Shown here: positions 63,221-64,000 of the stretch, in pieces
Layout of the letters: the number at the start of each line of letters is the position of its first letter
Numbering within the stretch: position 1 is the first letter of the stretch
Assembly (NCBI GenBank): GCA_010093605.1
Contig: MU004181.1
Location: 496,001 to 560,000 of the forward strand
Direction of reading: 5' to 3'
Source: Lophium mytilinum
Taxonomy: Eukaryota
Length of the DNA stretch: 64,000 bases
The notes under the pieces: generated by a model
What the model was told of the DNA's origin: nothing
What the model saw: the letters and a program-made list of their open reading frames with translations, nothing else
Database searches by the model: none
Position numbers and translations under genes: made by a program

Positions 63221-64000
63221 GGTCGATGAAGCCTTGGAGGAGTGTGAGTGATGGAAGTCAATGACACCAAGGTGTAGAGAGACAAGCTGGCAGTGAGGTA
63301 CGTACGAGTCTTCAAGAAGCAGATGGCTGCCCGGTATGTTTCAGCGATGTATTAACCCTTCAATTGCAAAGATAATCTCAAAATGGTTCCCAGAGATAGC
63401 TCAGTTGATGACAAAGGCTCTTCGCTTCTTTCAAAGTATTTTCGAAACTTGGTGGTGGCGGCTCAACCACGAACAATTTTCTGCTTATATGGCGAGGCCG
63501 GATCCGTTCCGGCCTCCTGATAGCAATAATTCCGGCCTCACCCTCCACGAGGAAAAATTGTCCTAATTCGTACGTAATAACCTCATCATGCGCCCTGAAG
63601 CTTGACTAACAGTATCCACACCGTTGATGGGATAATTGAGACCCCGCTCGCGATGAGGTATGTGTTGTTGTCGTCGTTGAGGCCCCTGGGGGGTGGATGG
63701 GAGTGCCAAGACTTGGGTTTGGTCACGATTTTATTTCATACAAATGTATTCCTCAAATGATCTGAATCTTCTCCGCGTCTCTAATGGTTTTCAAGATCAT
63801 CTGTAGACTTTTTTGGTGGTGTTGGCGTTGTCGTCGCTCTCATCGCCGTCGGTCGTCGTCGTGAGGCTTGAGGCGTTCCTCGTTATCAGCAGGCCGGTGG
63901 TACGCTAACGACGAACCACACCGCCGATTCTTAGCTCCCGCTTTTACGGCACGAAGGATTCTAGACCAATCGTTACCAAAGGGCGGAAGCTGACGTGTGC

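Overview
Eukaryotic DNA from a filamentous ascomycete (short GT-AG introns with CTRAC branch sites; probably Pezizomycotina, class not determinable here). The left ~41 kb is accessory-like: orphan genes, tandem and inverted paralog pairs, gene remnants (RBR E3 ligase, glutamate 5-kinase C-terminus, NACHT/NLR with two in-frame TGA stops), degenerate satellites and a secreted WSC-domain gene. The right ~22 kb holds recognisable conserved genes (Rossmann-fold protein, Zn-dependent ADH, PPIL2/Cyp60-type cyclophilin, GTPBP1-type GTPase, IDO) mixed with F-box-like genes. The most striking signals are non-coding. (1) An apparently intact Pol III U6 snRNA gene (minus, 6829-6932) has its normally invariant ACAGAGA box changed to CCAGAGA, with the adjacent 5'-splice-site-pairing region rewritten. 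(2) A second, unidentified ~120-nt Pol III-like unit (21459-21581) has the same TATA element and carries a hairpin-masked mini-intron whose donor (GTGAGGGT) fits that variant U6. (3) A ~270-nt fold-back (33708-33981) has a 64-bp perfect core and G-U-biased outer arms, suggesting a hairpin-RNA/milRNA precursor. All calls were made by eye; no searches were run.
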